Positions 49,552-59,481 are shown, counted from the stretch's first letter. The stretch: DNA of 64,000 bases from Prevotellaceae bacterium (GCA_022508665.1 JAFLUT010000002.1:7606-71605), one strand, 5' to 3'. The notes: generated by a model from the letters alone, not told the origin. Numbers and translations are program-made.

Positions 49552-51789
49552 TTACTTTACCAATATCTTGGCAGAAGTACCGTCGGTGTACTTAACGATG
49601 TTGATACCCTTCTGAGGAGCAGAGAGTTTTGCACCGCTCACATTGTAGATTGCAGAGATAGCCTTGCCCGAAGCCGTTACACCCTCGATAGCAACTGCAT
49701 CTTCCCATGCATCGTTAGCATCACCGAGCAGGTCTTCTGGGAGACCGTCGTAAGTATATACGTCGATGTAGAACACGTGGAAACCATTGCTTGGCAGACC
49801 ATTTACAGTGAGGAGAGCATCCTCTGGAACCTGCTTAACGATTGGGTATGGCTCGTTAGTCCAGTTAGAACCACCAGTACCAACTGTCATAATCACAAAC
49901 TCACCTGCCACCGCACGTGAACGTGAGAACGTAAACTCTGGGCGAGCCATGAAGTATGCACCGAGGTTGCCATGAGTGCCGTTTGCCCTATCAATGTAAA
50001 TGAAGATTGTAGATGAGTTGCTTGCATTTGGAGGACAGTTGATAAGCATGTCTGGGAAGATGTTTGCCTTATCCTCAACATAACCCATGTTGTTGGCGTT
50101 AGCGTTATTACCCAAAGTGTCAACATTGAGAGTAGCACGCTGATTGCTTGCATCCCACCACCAGCAAGAAGGAGCATAAACCGTTGTTGCCTCTGCGAAG
50201 TCAACGCCATTTACAAAACCGTCAGGCGATGCGTCATACTCTGCTTTTGTGCAGTAAACAGAGTCGCCCGATTCGGTAAATGTATAGTAGCCTTCGATGA
50301 TTTGACCCTTCACGATAGCCTTCTGCTCCTCAGTCAGCGATGTGAAGTCCCAGTCGTGGATAGGATTTCCGTCAGCATCTTTATCCTCATACTTTCTGTG
50401 GATGTCGATTCCTTGATAGTCAGCAGTAGTCGAAACTTCATTTTCCAGATAACCGTCGGCATACACAGTAACTGTTACATCATCTTCTATTTCAATTATG
50501 CTTCCGATAGTGTATTCATCAGCAATCATATTGCCGTCTGCCTCAACCGTGAACGAGTATTCCTCGCCGCAAAGAGTATTGTTTACCCACCCAATAGCAT
50601 ATTTACGATATGTACCGTCGAAACCGTAAAGAGTAAGCGTTGGAGCATTTAACTGTATTTCTCCAACAGATATTTTAACTGTCGTAATTTCTGAGAAAAC
50701 ACCTGTTTGTTCATTCACGGTAGCAGCCTTTACCTCGACAATGCCGTCGCCGTCCAAATCTTCACTCTCATAAAGTGGAACTGCTTCATCAACTGGCGCT
50801 GGTCTTTCTCCGTATGAACCGTGTGCTACCCCATTTATGATGTCCATGTCAAGCACTTTCTTGTAGTGCGCAATACTATCAACTGCCACGGAGTTATCAT
50901 TTTCGTCATATACATACTCCCAATAGTCAAACTCGTCACCTTCTTTCAAGAAGATTGGGTCTGTACCGTCAGTTGAAAAATAAGTCTTAACATCATATCC
51001 TAATGTTGATTCTCCCGACTTAAACAAAATCTCACGGTCTGCACCATTAACACCTACTACACTGAAAGAGGGAGCAGAAATCGTTTCTGGGGCTGTAGCA
51101 TCAAGCCAAATCTGGAAACCCTGCAAAGAAGCAGAACGCTCTATTGGAAGGTTCAGCACACCATCCTCTATAACTCGAAGATACATGAAATTGTCACGAG
51201 TAACCTCTGAATCGTCTTCACCCCCCCCAATTGCATCTTGGGCTGCGTGGATTTCATCGGAAATATCCTCTACTATCAGAGGGTCTGTATATTCCCACAG
51301 CCAACCAGTATTAGCATTGTAACGACTACCGTTAGGTACACAGAAGCCGTTATATTCTGTGTTTGTCTCGCCAGTGTTGTAGCCAGCATTTGTACCTTGC
51401 AGCACCAAAATCTGACCTTTCTTCAGACTGGCAATGTGAAAACCGCGAGGACCAGAACCTGTGTTACGGATTCCATAATTAGCCTCCCAGCCAATATTAC
51501 CAACAGACAGCCACAAAAAGGTCAAGCCTTCTGTTGTACAACGCCACGGCTTATACCCGTTAAACTGAAACTCCGATGTTGTGATACTTGTGTCAAAGGT
51601 GAGACCGCCTTCTATTGGTTCACCATTAAGTTCCAGACCAACCAGATTGACGTTCTTGTAGATACGACAATGGTATGTGTCATTTTGCAGCACAGCATTC
51701 TCTTCTGGAATGTTGTAATCAATAGCACTTGCCGTAAGAGACAATAGACTCATTGCTGCAAATGCGATAAGAGAGTAAATTTTTCTCAT
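49552..51789 (-). CDS. secreted protein of unknown function with T9SS C-terminal sorting domain
   Basis: 745 aa with a signal peptide. It has a beta-rich body, an internal YFSTDGTDP context (as in chitobiase/Hex C-terminal-like domains), and the C-terminal AIYNVSGAKLSAPQKGINIVKYTDGTSAKILVK. Confidence 0.72.
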   Translation of the reverse strand: MRKIYSLIAFAAMSLLSLTASAIDYNIPEENAVLQNDTYHCRIYKNVNLVGLELNGEPIEGGLTFDTSITTSEFQFNGYKPWRCTTEGLTFLWLSVGNIGWEANYGIRNTGSGPRGFHIASLKKGQILVLQGTNAGYNTGETNTEYNGFCVPNGSRYNANTGWLWEYTDPLIVEDISDEIHAAQDAIGGGEDDSEVTRDNFMYLRVIEDGVLNLPIERSASLQGFQIWLDATAPETISAPSFSVVGVNGADREILFKSGESTLGYDVKTYFSTDGTDPIFLKEGDEFDYWEYVYDENDNSVAVDSIAHYKKVLDMDIINGVAHGSYGERPAPVDEAVPLYESEDLDGDGIVEVKAATVNEQTGVFSEITTVKISVGEIQLNAPTLTLYGFDGTYRKYAIGWVNNTLCGEEYSFTVEADGNMIADEYTIGSIIEIEDDVTVTVYADGYLENEVSTTADYQGIDIHRKYEDKDADGNPIHDWDFTSLTEEQKAIVKGQIIEGYYTFTESGDSVYCTKAEYDASPDGFVNGVDFAEATTVYAPSCWWWDASNQRATLNVDTLGNNANANNMGYVEDKANIFPDMLINCPPNASNSSTIFIYIDRANGTHGNLGAYFMARPEFTFSRSRAVAGEFVIMTVGTGGSNWTNEPYPIVKQVPEDALLTVNGLPSNGFHVFYIDVYTYDGLPEDLLGDANDAWEDAVAIEGVTASGKAISAIYNVSGAKLSAPQKGINIVKYTDGTSAKILVK

Positions 51790-51956
51790 AGGTTAATGAA
51801 TTAAGTTAGTTAATAAAATTTTCTTTAATGAAAATGTATCGTTTCTTTTGACAAAGATAGATAGTTTCCGTTGCAAATATATCGAAACATATCCTAACCA
51901 CAAAGAAAATAGCCGAAAAAGTTGCGTTTGCTATGAAAAAGACCTGCATAAGACTG

Positions 51957-52691
51957 TTAATCAGCCTTTTTATCCGCATCTTTTTCTTCACGCATGGGGA
52001 AACTGCCAAGCCATTTCATCTGCCTCAGACACCATGACTGGCGTTTGTACATATAGGCTGTGGGATTCGCCGAATTCATTTTCAGCGGATTGGGCAGCGT
52101 GACGGCTATGAGTGCGCACTGGTTGCGTGTGAGGTCTTTGGCGTCGCAGCGGAAGTGTTCCTGCGCCACTGCTTGCGCTCCATAGATGCCGTCGCCCATT
52201 TCTATGGTGTTGAGATAGACTTCCATGATGCGCTGCTTGTCCCACATGAACTCCATGAGAACTGTGAAATAGGCTTCCGCTCCCTTGCGAAACCACGCTA
52301 ATTTGCCCGTCGCTGATGTGGGGAAGAGGAATACGTTTTTGGCTGTCTGCTGACTAATGGTGGAGCCTCCACGGAAGCGCTTGCCTTCTTCACGTTCTTC
52401 CATTACTTGCTTTATAGCCTCCCAGTCGAAGCCGTTATGCGTGAGGAAATTTTGGTCTTCGCACGACATGACGGCAAGCGGCAGGTCGGGCGACATTTCT
52501 TCGAGCGGCACCCACTGGTGATGCCACCTTATTTTCTCTCCGTGCTTCACCTGCTGGCATGCTCGGATGAACATGAGCGGCGAGGTGTAAACGGGTATGT
52601 ATTTGAACATAAAAACAAGTAGGATGCTGCCAGCCAAAACGACTATCAGCATCCACTTGATAAAATTGCCTATTTTTTTCAGCATTGGCAA
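51957..52691 (-). CDS. mtgA: monofunctional peptidoglycan glycosyltransferase
   Basis: GT51 motifs EDQNFLTHNGFD and GGSTISQQTAKN, with an N-terminal TM. Confidence 0.92.
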   Translation of the reverse strand: MPMLKKIGNFIKWMLIVVLAGSILLVFMFKYIPVYTSPLMFIRACQQVKHGEKIRWHHQWVPLEEMSPDLPLAVMSCEDQNFLTHNGFDWEAIKQVMEEREEGKRFRGGSTISQQTAKNVFLFPTSATGKLAWFRKGAEAYFTVLMEFMWDKQRIMEVYLNTIEMGDGIYGAQAVAQEHFRCDAKDLTRNQCALIAVTLPNPLKMNSANPTAYMYKRQSWCLRQMKWLGSFPMREEKDADKKAD

Positions 52692-52701
52692 TGGGGCTGC
52701 A

Positions 52702-53424
52702 TTATTGGTTTGCAGCGTCAGCCTCGGCTGCCTTAATCATTGCCTCGGAAGCGTAGAGGTAAATCTCCACGCGGCGGTTCTGTGCCTGACCTGCGGCTGT
52801 CGAGTTGTCTGCCACTGGGTTTTCCTCGCCAAAGCCTGTGCTGCTCTTTATCTGCGATGTACCTGCGCCTGATGCCAAGAGGTATGACTTAACGGCGTCG
52901 GCACGCTGCTGAGAGAGTTCGATGTTTTTCTGAACGCTCTGCTCCTTTGTGGAGTTTTTCCAGCCTGTGTTGTCGGTGTAGCCTTGAATGGCAACGTCGC
53001 AGTCAGGGTATACTTTCAGCACATTGTTTGTAAAGTCTTTGAGGTTTGACATTGCTGTGCTGCTGAGTGTGGCATTGCCTGTTGTGAAAAGTATGCCCGA
53101 GTCGAAAGTGACTTTCACTGCATCGAGTCCGTTGTTGTCTTTCACGCTCTCTACCTGTGCATTGGCAACTGCTTCTGCTGCAGCCTTTGCCTTGTCCATT
53201 TTCCTGCCGATGAGGATACCTGCTGTTGTTCCGACAGCAGCACCTACGCCTGCGCCGATGAGTGTGCCTCCAGTGTTCTTGCCGATGAGTTGTCCCACCA
53301 GTGCGCCGACCGCTGCGCCTGAGCCGCCGCCAATGAGTCCGCCTTTGGCTGTGTTGTTCATTCCGCAACCCGAAAGGATGATGAGTGCTGACATTACGAC
53401 TGCACTGAATTTGATTTTCTTCAT
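52702..53424 (-). CDS. OmpA-family lipoprotein with glycine-zipper region
   Basis: Lipobox ILSGC, a Gly-rich GxxxG run, and a C-terminal OmpA-like region GYTDNTG...LSQQRADAV. Confidence 0.87.
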   Translation of the reverse strand: MKKIKFSAVVMSALIILSGCGMNNTAKGGLIGGGSGAAVGALVGQLIGKNTGGTLIGAGVGAAVGTTAGILIGRKMDKAKAAAEAVANAQVESVKDNNGLDAVKVTFDSGILFTTGNATLSSTAMSNLKDFTNNVLKVYPDCDVAIQGYTDNTGWKNSTKEQSVQKNIELSQQRADAVKSYLLASGAGTSQIKSSTGFGEENPVADNSTAAGQAQNRRVEIYLYASEAMIKAAEADAANQ

Positions 53425-53634
53425 AGTTGAATTGGTTTGTTTGTATAAAAAATGTTTATGGTTTGTCCTGTAACAATCCGTTTCGAGTGCAAATATCGCT
53501 ATTTTTGTTGAGATATGCCTTTAGCATTACAAGTTTTTTTGCGGAATGCAATACTTTTTCACATAATGCTTGGGCAAAAAGGTGCTTTCGTGGCAGTTTC
53601 TTTGCCTATATTTGCTTTTTTCGCCCTTTATTCG

Positions 53635-53642
53635 TAACTTTG
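53635..53642 (+). promoter_or_regulatory. -7 box TAACTTTG for yhhQ-queF
   Basis: Exact consensus about 20 nt upstream of the first riboswitch-like aptamer. Confidence 0.55.
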
Positions 53643-53660
53643 CCGACGAAACAGAAGTTC

Positions 53661-53723
53661 CGAGTGCCTGCACCCTCGTTAAAAACAGGCTCCGTGTGCT
53701 TGATTAACCACGTTAAAAACAAG
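53661..53723 (+). promoter_or_regulatory. tandem preQ1-I-like riboswitch aptamers
   Basis: Aptamer 1 (53661-53690) is CGAGUGCCUGCACCCUCGUUAAAAACAGGC, with P1 CGAG/CUCG and loop GCCUG pairing to the tail CAGGC. Aptamer 2 (53693-53723) is CGUGUGCUUGAUUAACCACGUUAAAAACAAG, with P1 CGUG/CACG and loop CUUG pairing to the tail CAAG. Both have the A-rich UUAAAAA tail. They lie directly upstream of a queuosine-precursor transporter gene. Confidence 0.6.
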
Positions 53724-53729
53724 AAACTT

Positions 53730-54458
53730 ATGACAAAAAACAGACAAGTAAGCGTTGCCTTCATGCTTATGGGCATCGTGTTCTGTATTTGCCTTGTGAC
53801 GGCAAATCTTCTCGAAACCAAGGTGTTTCATGTGTGGGGACCTTTTTCCCTAACCTGCGGTTTCATCGTTTTCCCTATTTCTTACATCCTCAACGACGTG
53901 ATAGCCGAGGTGTGGGGGTTCCGCAAGGCTCGCCTCATCATCTGGACGGGGTTTGCTATGAACTTTTTCGTCATAGCCCTTGGAGGCATTGCGTGCGCCT
54001 TGCCTCCTACTGTGCCGGGCAGCGATGAGGCGTTTAGGGAGGTTTTCTCGTTCATTCCTCACATCACGGTGGCAAGTCTGCTGGCGTTCATCGTCGGCTC
54101 GTTTCTCAATGCATGGGTGATGAGCAAAATGAAAATGGCTGACCGCAACAAGGGGAATTTCAATCTGCGATTTTCGCTGCGTGCCATTCTCTCCACTCTC
54201 GTGGGCGAAAGTGCTGACAGCGTGATTTTCTTTCCTCTGGCTTTCTATATTCTTCCTTTCTTATTTAATGGATATCCGATTGTCACTCTGCACATTATGA
54301 CGGAGTTGATGATTACGCAAGTGATTGCCAAGACGCTTTACGAGATTATTGTACTGCCACTGACTATTCGTGTGGTGAAGTATGTGAAGCGCAAGGAGAA
54401 TGCCGATGTGTATGACGAGGGGATAAGTTATAATGCTTTCAAAATAGGAGAACTGTAA
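53730..54458 (+). CDS. yhhQ: queuosine precursor transporter (YhhQ/VUT family)
   Basis: [31 protein letters not shown] and [14 protein letters not shown] contexts. I use the ATG at 53730. Confidence 0.87.
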   Translation: MTKNRQVSVAFMLMGIVFCICLVTANLLETKVFHVWGPFSLTCGFIVFPISYILNDVIAEVWGFRKARLIIWTGFAMNFFVIALGGIACALPPTVPGSDEAFREVFSFIPHITVASLLAFIVGSFLNAWVMSKMKMADRNKGNFNLRFSLRAILSTLVGESADSVIFFPLAFYILPFLFNGYPIVTLHIMTELMITQVIAKTLYEIIVLPLTIRVVKYVKRKENADVYDEGISYNAFKIGEL

Positions 54459-54474
54459 AAAAACTACTCACACT

Positions 54475-54945
54475 ATGACTGACAACAGACAAGCGGAAGG
54501 TCTCAACGCTTTGGGCAGGAAGGCGGAATATCGTCAAGACTATGCTCCGGAGGTGCTGGAGACATTTCAGAATAAGCACACTGAGAATGACTACTGGGTG
54601 CGTTTTAACTGCCCTGAGTTTACATCGCTATGCCCTATCACTGGACAGCCTGACTTTGCCGAGATACGCATTTCGTATCTGCCTGACGAGCGAATGGTGG
54701 AGAGCAAGTCGTTGAAACTGTATCTGTTCTCGTTTCGCAACCACGGGGATTTTCACGAGGACTGTGTGAACATCATAATGAAAGACCTTGTAAGGCTGAT
54801 GAATCCTAAGTATATTGAGGTGACGGGGCTGTTCACTCCGCGTGGCGGTATCAGTATCTACCCTTATGCTAACTATGGACGCCCGGGAACGAAGTATGAG
54901 GAAATGGCTGCGTATAGGATGATGAACCACGATTTGCATGCATAG
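54475..54945 (+). CDS. queF: NADPH-dependent 7-cyano-7-deazaguanine reductase
   Basis: [12 protein letters not shown] and [10 protein letters not shown] QueF motifs, 156 aa (unimodular type). Confidence 0.95.
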   Translation: MTDNRQAEGLNALGRKAEYRQDYAPEVLETFQNKHTENDYWVRFNCPEFTSLCPITGQPDFAEIRISYLPDERMVESKSLKLYLFSFRNHGDFHEDCVNIIMKDLVRLMNPKYIEVTGLFTPRGGISIYPYANYGRPGTKYEEMAAYRMMNHDLHA

Positions 54946-54960
54946 AAAAAAATGAACATT

Positions 54961-54986
54961 GCCCAATCACATACTGTTGATTGGGC
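54961..54986 (+). terminator. intrinsic terminator after queF
   Basis: GCCCAATCA-CATACTGT-TGATTGGGC followed by AATGTTTTGTTT. Confidence 0.7.
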
Positions 54987-54997
54987 AATGTTTTGTT

Positions 54998-55072
54998 TGG
55001 AGGTGCGTACCCGATTCGAACGGGTGTAAACGGTTTTGCAGACCGGTGACTAAGCCTCTCATCCAACGCACC
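54998..55072 (-). tRNA. tRNA-Cys (GCA)
   Basis: The reverse strand reads GGTGCGTTGGATGAGAGGCTTAGTCACCGGTCTGCAAAACCGTTTACACCCGTTCGAATCGGGTACGCACCTCCA. It has a 7-bp acceptor stem, a T-arm ACCCG-TTCGAAT-CGGGT, an anticodon loop CTGCAAA, discriminator U and an encoded CCA. A reverse-strand TACCTTTG box sits at 55100-55107. Confidence 0.9.
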
Positions 55073-55209
55073 GTGTGTCGTTTTGTGCTTTTGCGACGGC
55101 AAAGGTAGTGCTTTTTCGACAGACAGCAAATTTTTTTGGTACTTTTTTGATGATAGTACTTGTTTTTGTATGTTATTTAATAGAAAAAGAGTAATTTTGC
55201 CTGTTGAAA

Positions 55210-56538
55210 ATGAAGAAAACTGAGGAAAAGGTAAAGGAATTCATCTGTCAGCACCACTTGCTAACAGTGGGGGCAAGGGTGGTCGTCGGCGTAAGCGGAG
55301 GGGCTGACTCGGTATGCCTTGCATACATGCTTGGCAAACTGGGGTATGAGGTCGTTGCCGTGCATTGCAACTTCCATTTGAGGGGTGAGGAGAGCATGAG
55401 GGATGAGCGATTTGTGGAGGGGCTGTGCGAAAGGCTTGGTTTGGTGTATCGAAAGGTGGATTTCGACACTGAACGGCATGCGGAACAGCAGAAGGTGAGC
55501 ATTGAAATGGCGGCTCGCGAACTGAGATACAGGGCGTTTCGCAACATCAAGGATGAACATTGCGCTGAGGCTGTCGCTGTAGGGCATCATCAAGATGATA
55601 ACGCTGAGACGATGATGCTGAATTTGGTGCGTGGCTCGGGTATTAAGGGGCTGTGCGGAATGCAGCCAAGGAATGGAGACATTGTGCGTCCGCTGCTATG
55701 TCTGACCCGTCAGGAAGTGACGGCATACCTTCAAGAAGCAGGACTCGACTACGTGACTGACGGCACTAATGCGAAGGACATATACGCTCGCAACAAGGTG
55801 AGGCTCAACGTGATGCCGATGTTAGAGAGCATAAACAAAGGGGCGATGCAGAACATCGTTTCGACAATGGACAATCTGAACGAGGTGCAGAAGGTGTACC
55901 GAAGGGCTATGGACGATGCCATAAGGGATTGCTGCCGATACAAAGAGAATGGTGAGATACACATTATTATATATATGCTTAGGCAACTGCCCTCTCCTAT
56001 CTCGCTGCTGCATGAAGTACTTTCTCCTATCGGCTTCAACAAGAAGCAATTGAAGGACATTTTGGCTTCGCTTGATAACACGGGGTGCATGTATTTGTCT
56101 AACGGGCAGAACAGGCGCAGGCTGCTGATTGACAGGGAGGCCATCATCGTTGAAGGCATCAATTATACGCCGACTATCTATCAAGAGGTTGTGCCAATAG
56201 AGAAGGTTATCATAAACAAACGGGCTAACTACGCTTATCTTGACGCTGACAAACTGTGTGGAAACGGGAAGGGTGAGCCGTATAAGGCACTCTATCTGCG
56301 TACTCCGGAAATGGGAGACACTTTCGCTCCATTCGGCATGGAAGGGAGGCGCAAACTGTTGAGCGATTTCCTTACAGACTTGAAACTCAACCGTTTTGAG
56401 AAGGAGTGGCAACAGCTTCTGATGGACGGCGACGAGATCGCATGGGTTGTCAACCGAAGGAGTTCGGAGCGGTACAGGATAAGCGAAACAACGAAGAATG
56501 TTGTCGTCGTTTGGAGTGAGATAAGCACGGAAAAATGA
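55210..56538 (+). CDS. tilS: tRNA(Ile)-lysidine synthetase
   Basis: PP-loop VGVSGGADSVCL, 442 aa. A TAATTTTG box at 55192-55199 lies upstream. Confidence 0.9.
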   Translation: MKKTEEKVKEFICQHHLLTVGARVVVGVSGGADSVCLAYMLGKLGYEVVAVHCNFHLRGEESMRDERFVEGLCERLGLVYRKVDFDTERHAEQQKVSIEMAARELRYRAFRNIKDEHCAEAVAVGHHQDDNAETMMLNLVRGSGIKGLCGMQPRNGDIVRPLLCLTRQEVTAYLQEAGLDYVTDGTNAKDIYARNKVRLNVMPMLESINKGAMQNIVSTMDNLNEVQKVYRRAMDDAIRDCCRYKENGEIHIIIYMLRQLPSPISLLHEVLSPIGFNKKQLKDILASLDNTGCMYLSNGQNRRRLLIDREAIIVEGINYTPTIYQEVVPIEKVIINKRANYAYLDADKLCGNGKGEPYKALYLRTPEMGDTFAPFGMEGRRKLLSDFLTDLKLNRFEKEWQQLLMDGDEIAWVVNRRSSERYRISETTKNVVVVWSEISTEK

Positions 56539-56617
56539 GGCTTTTGAGAAAAAAGATTGGGCTTTGTGAAACAAATGCGTTTTTTTCGGCATTTTTTTTG
56601 TAACTTTGCAACGTGTT

Positions 56618-57850
56618 ATGCGATTTTTTCAGAGATACATATTAGCGTGTTCTGTTTTGTTGGCTGTGGCATTGCGAGTTGCGGCGCAAAATGCAGAGGG
56701 GGTGTCGGCTAATGCTGACAGCGTGGCGGTGGATAGCGTCGGGGCTGACGGACAGCGCATCAGAGTAGCGGTGTTGACTTGCACAGCAGGGGATGAACTG
56801 TATTCGAAGTTTGGGCATACGGCGCTATTGGTGCAGAGGAATGGCGAGGAGGACGGAAGGGTGTATAACTATGGATGTTTCGATTATAATGCAGACTCTT
56901 TCGTGATGAACTTTGTGCTTGGGCATACGGATTACATTCTCGGGGCTGAATCTTACAGCCTTTTCATTTACCGATACGGATATATGGGTGTGGGAGTGGA
57001 TGAGCAGGAGTTGAACTTGACGAATGAGGAGGCTGAAAGGCTTGTGACGTTATTGGAGAAGAATTTGTTGCCTGAAAATCAGGTGTATAGATATAACTGG
57101 TTATATAATAACTGCACGGAGAAGGCACGTGACATTGTGGAAATGGCGGTTGACGGGAAGGTGGCATATGAGAGGGAGGAGACGGACATCACGGTGAGGG
57201 AAATGCTACGCGGATGTTTGGAGGATGTGCCTTGGGAGAGTTTTGGCATTGACATGATTTTGGGCGAAGAGATTGACCGCCCTACTGACAAGCGAGTGAG
57301 GATGTTCCTGCCGGCGTTCTATATGGATGAGGTGGAGAAGGCGGTGAAGGTGAAGGAGGGTGCGCCGCTCGTGAAAGGTAAACAACAGATAATACAGGCG
57401 CAGAACATTGTGGAGAAGCCTTCGTTTTGGCTGTCTCCGACGTTTGTATTCATCGTTCTGTTTGTGGTGGTGTGTCTTGTGTCGGCAGCAGAACACCGCA
57501 TGTGGCACAACTGGGTGGGGATAGATGTGTTTTTGCATACGGTGCAGGGGATTGCAGGAGTACTTGTCGCTTTCTTGTTTTTCTTCTCTGAACATCCTGC
57601 TGTGGATAGCAACTGGCTGGTAATCATATTTAACCCTATTCCACTACTTTATGCTGTATGGCTATCGTATTGCAAGAGGAAGAGGAGGACTAACGTTTTA
57701 GCATACATAAACTTGGGTGTGCTGGTGGGATTTCTCGTTACGATGTTTGTGTGCCGTCAGTCATTCAACATGGCTATGTATTTCATAGTACTCAGTCTGC
57801 TGACAAGGGCGGTGGCTCAGAGTTATAACGCATATCGCAGAATTAAATGA
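56618..57850 (+). CDS. DUF4105 / Lnb-like membrane protein (candidate Bacteroidota lipoprotein N-acyltransferase)
   Basis: Signal peptide, then the CTAGDELYSKFGHTALLV context typical of DUF4105, and C-terminal TM helices. A TAACTTTG box at 56601-56608 lies just upstream of the ATG at 56618. Confidence 0.72.
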   Translation: MRFFQRYILACSVLLAVALRVAAQNAEGVSANADSVAVDSVGADGQRIRVAVLTCTAGDELYSKFGHTALLVQRNGEEDGRVYNYGCFDYNADSFVMNFVLGHTDYILGAESYSLFIYRYGYMGVGVDEQELNLTNEEAERLVTLLEKNLLPENQVYRYNWLYNNCTEKARDIVEMAVDGKVAYEREETDITVREMLRGCLEDVPWESFGIDMILGEEIDRPTDKRVRMFLPAFYMDEVEKAVKVKEGAPLVKGKQQIIQAQNIVEKPSFWLSPTFVFIVLFVVVCLVSAAEHRMWHNWVGIDVFLHTVQGIAGVLVAFLFFFSEHPAVDSNWLVIIFNPIPLLYAVWLSYCKRKRRTNVLAYINLGVLVGFLVTMFVCRQSFNMAMYFIVLSLLTRAVAQSYNAYRRIK

Positions 57851-59415
57851 AGAAACAGATACTCACAACGGTTTTTGCCTCAATAGCAATGGCAGGCATG
57901 GTGGCGCAGACGTCTTCTGTGCCTCGCCTTGTGGTGGGCATCACTATAGACCAACTACGCTCTGATTATCTGCATGCTTTTATGCCTCTGTATGGGGAGG
58001 GAGGTTTCCGTCTGCTGCTGGAGAAAGGGCAGGTGTTCTCGAATGTACAGTATCAGCACACGCCTATTGATCGTGCATCTGCTATCGCAACCATAGCAAC
58101 TGGCACTGTGCCGTATAACCACGGCATCATAGCAGAGGAATGGATGCACCGCTCGGAGTTGCACACTAACTTTTGTGTTGATGACCGACAATATAAAGGT
58201 GTGGGAACGAGCGACTGTTCTTCTCCTAAAAACCTGCTGGTCAGTACGATAGGCGATGAATTGAAAGCTGCGACCAAGGGGAAGGCGCTTGTATATAGCG
58301 TTGCCCCATACAGAGAAGCAGCGGTGCTTGCTGCTGGGCATGCTGCCGACTGGGCGATGTGGATAGACAACCAAAGCGGTAAATGGGCTGGCACAACGTA
58401 TTACGGACAAGAGCCGTCGTGGTTTCGATATGTTCAGTCAAGTGGAGTCAGCAATCGTATTGCGTCGCTGACATGGAAGCCGACAAATGAATCCACAGGG
58501 TCGTACAATTACTATCTGACGACTACACAGAAGCCTTTCTCTCACGGTTTTACAGGTGACAGCCGTTACCGCATTTTCAAGACTTCTGGGCTTGTGAATG
58601 AGGAGGTGACGAAGGCTGCACGGTATTGTTTGGAGAACGGGAACGCTGGCATAGACGAGGTGACGGACTATCTCTCTATATGCTATTATGCTGGCGATTT
58701 TAAGGGAGTTGCTGCCACAACTACTGAACTACAAGATACATATAAGCGACTTGACGATGAACTCTCCACGTTGTTAAATAAGATAGACCAACTGGTAGGA
58801 CTTGACAAAACGCTGATTTTCCTCACGTCGACAGGCTATGACGATATAGACAACTCTGAAGACTTTGCTAAATACCGCATTCCAACAGGGGAGTTTAACA
58901 TTAACCGCTGCTCTACCCTGCTGAATATGTATCTCTGTGCGATGTTCGGTAATGGACAGTATGTGGAGAGTTACTATGGCAATCAAGTATATCTTAACCA
59001 TAAACTGCTTGAGCAGAAGCAACTGAAACTGGCAGAGGTGCTTGAACATTGCGAGGATTTCCTTTTCCAGTTTTCGGGCGTAAGGGATGTGTTTACTGCT
59101 CACCGTATAACGCAGGGGGCATGGACACCGGGCATAAGTTCGATACGCAACGGCTTTAACCCTAAATGTTCGGGCGACATCATTATTGAGGTTTCCCCGG
59201 GGTGGAACTTGGTCAATGAAGACCGAGGAACGAAGAAGATACAGCGTGACTCTTTTTTTGAGTTTCCTCTCATCTTTTTTGGCTATAATATAAAGGCTGA
59301 GCAGGCGGCGACGCCTGTGACGACAGACTGCATCGCTCCGACAGTAGCTCATCACATCCGCATAAGGGCGCCTAACGCATGTTCTTCTGCCCCACTCTTT
59401 CAGAAGGGTATATAG
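57847..59415 (+). CDS. alkaline-phosphatase-superfamily protein (nucleotide pyrophosphatase/phosphodiesterase-like)
   Basis: Signal peptide and the GITIDQLRSDYL N-terminal context. The start overlaps the upstream stop (ATGA). Confidence 0.7.
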   Translation: MKKQILTTVFASIAMAGMVAQTSSVPRLVVGITIDQLRSDYLHAFMPLYGEGGFRLLLEKGQVFSNVQYQHTPIDRASAIATIATGTVPYNHGIIAEEWMHRSELHTNFCVDDRQYKGVGTSDCSSPKNLLVSTIGDELKAATKGKALVYSVAPYREAAVLAAGHAADWAMWIDNQSGKWAGTTYYGQEPSWFRYVQSSGVSNRIASLTWKPTNESTGSYNYYLTTTQKPFSHGFTGDSRYRIFKTSGLVNEEVTKAARYCLENGNAGIDEVTDYLSICYYAGDFKGVAATTTELQDTYKRLDDELSTLLNKIDQLVGLDKTLIFLTSTGYDDIDNSEDFAKYRIPTGEFNINRCSTLLNMYLCAMFGNGQYVESYYGNQVYLNHKLLEQKQLKLAEVLEHCEDFLFQFSGVRDVFTAHRITQGAWTPGISSIRNGFNPKCSGDIIIEVSPGWNLVNEDRGTKKIQRDSFFEFPLIFFGYNIKAEQAATPVTTDCIAPTVAHHIRIRAPNACSSAPLFQKGI

Positions 59416-59481
59416 GATGAAACTACACATATTATATAATAAAGGACAAAAGTAAGTACAAAGAATAAAAAAGAACTATAT

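Noticed and set aside
54998-55072. tRNA-Cys as the attachment site of an integrated element.
   Set aside because: There is no integrase, no direct repeat of the tRNA 3' end, and the flanking genes (queF, tilS) are housekeeping.
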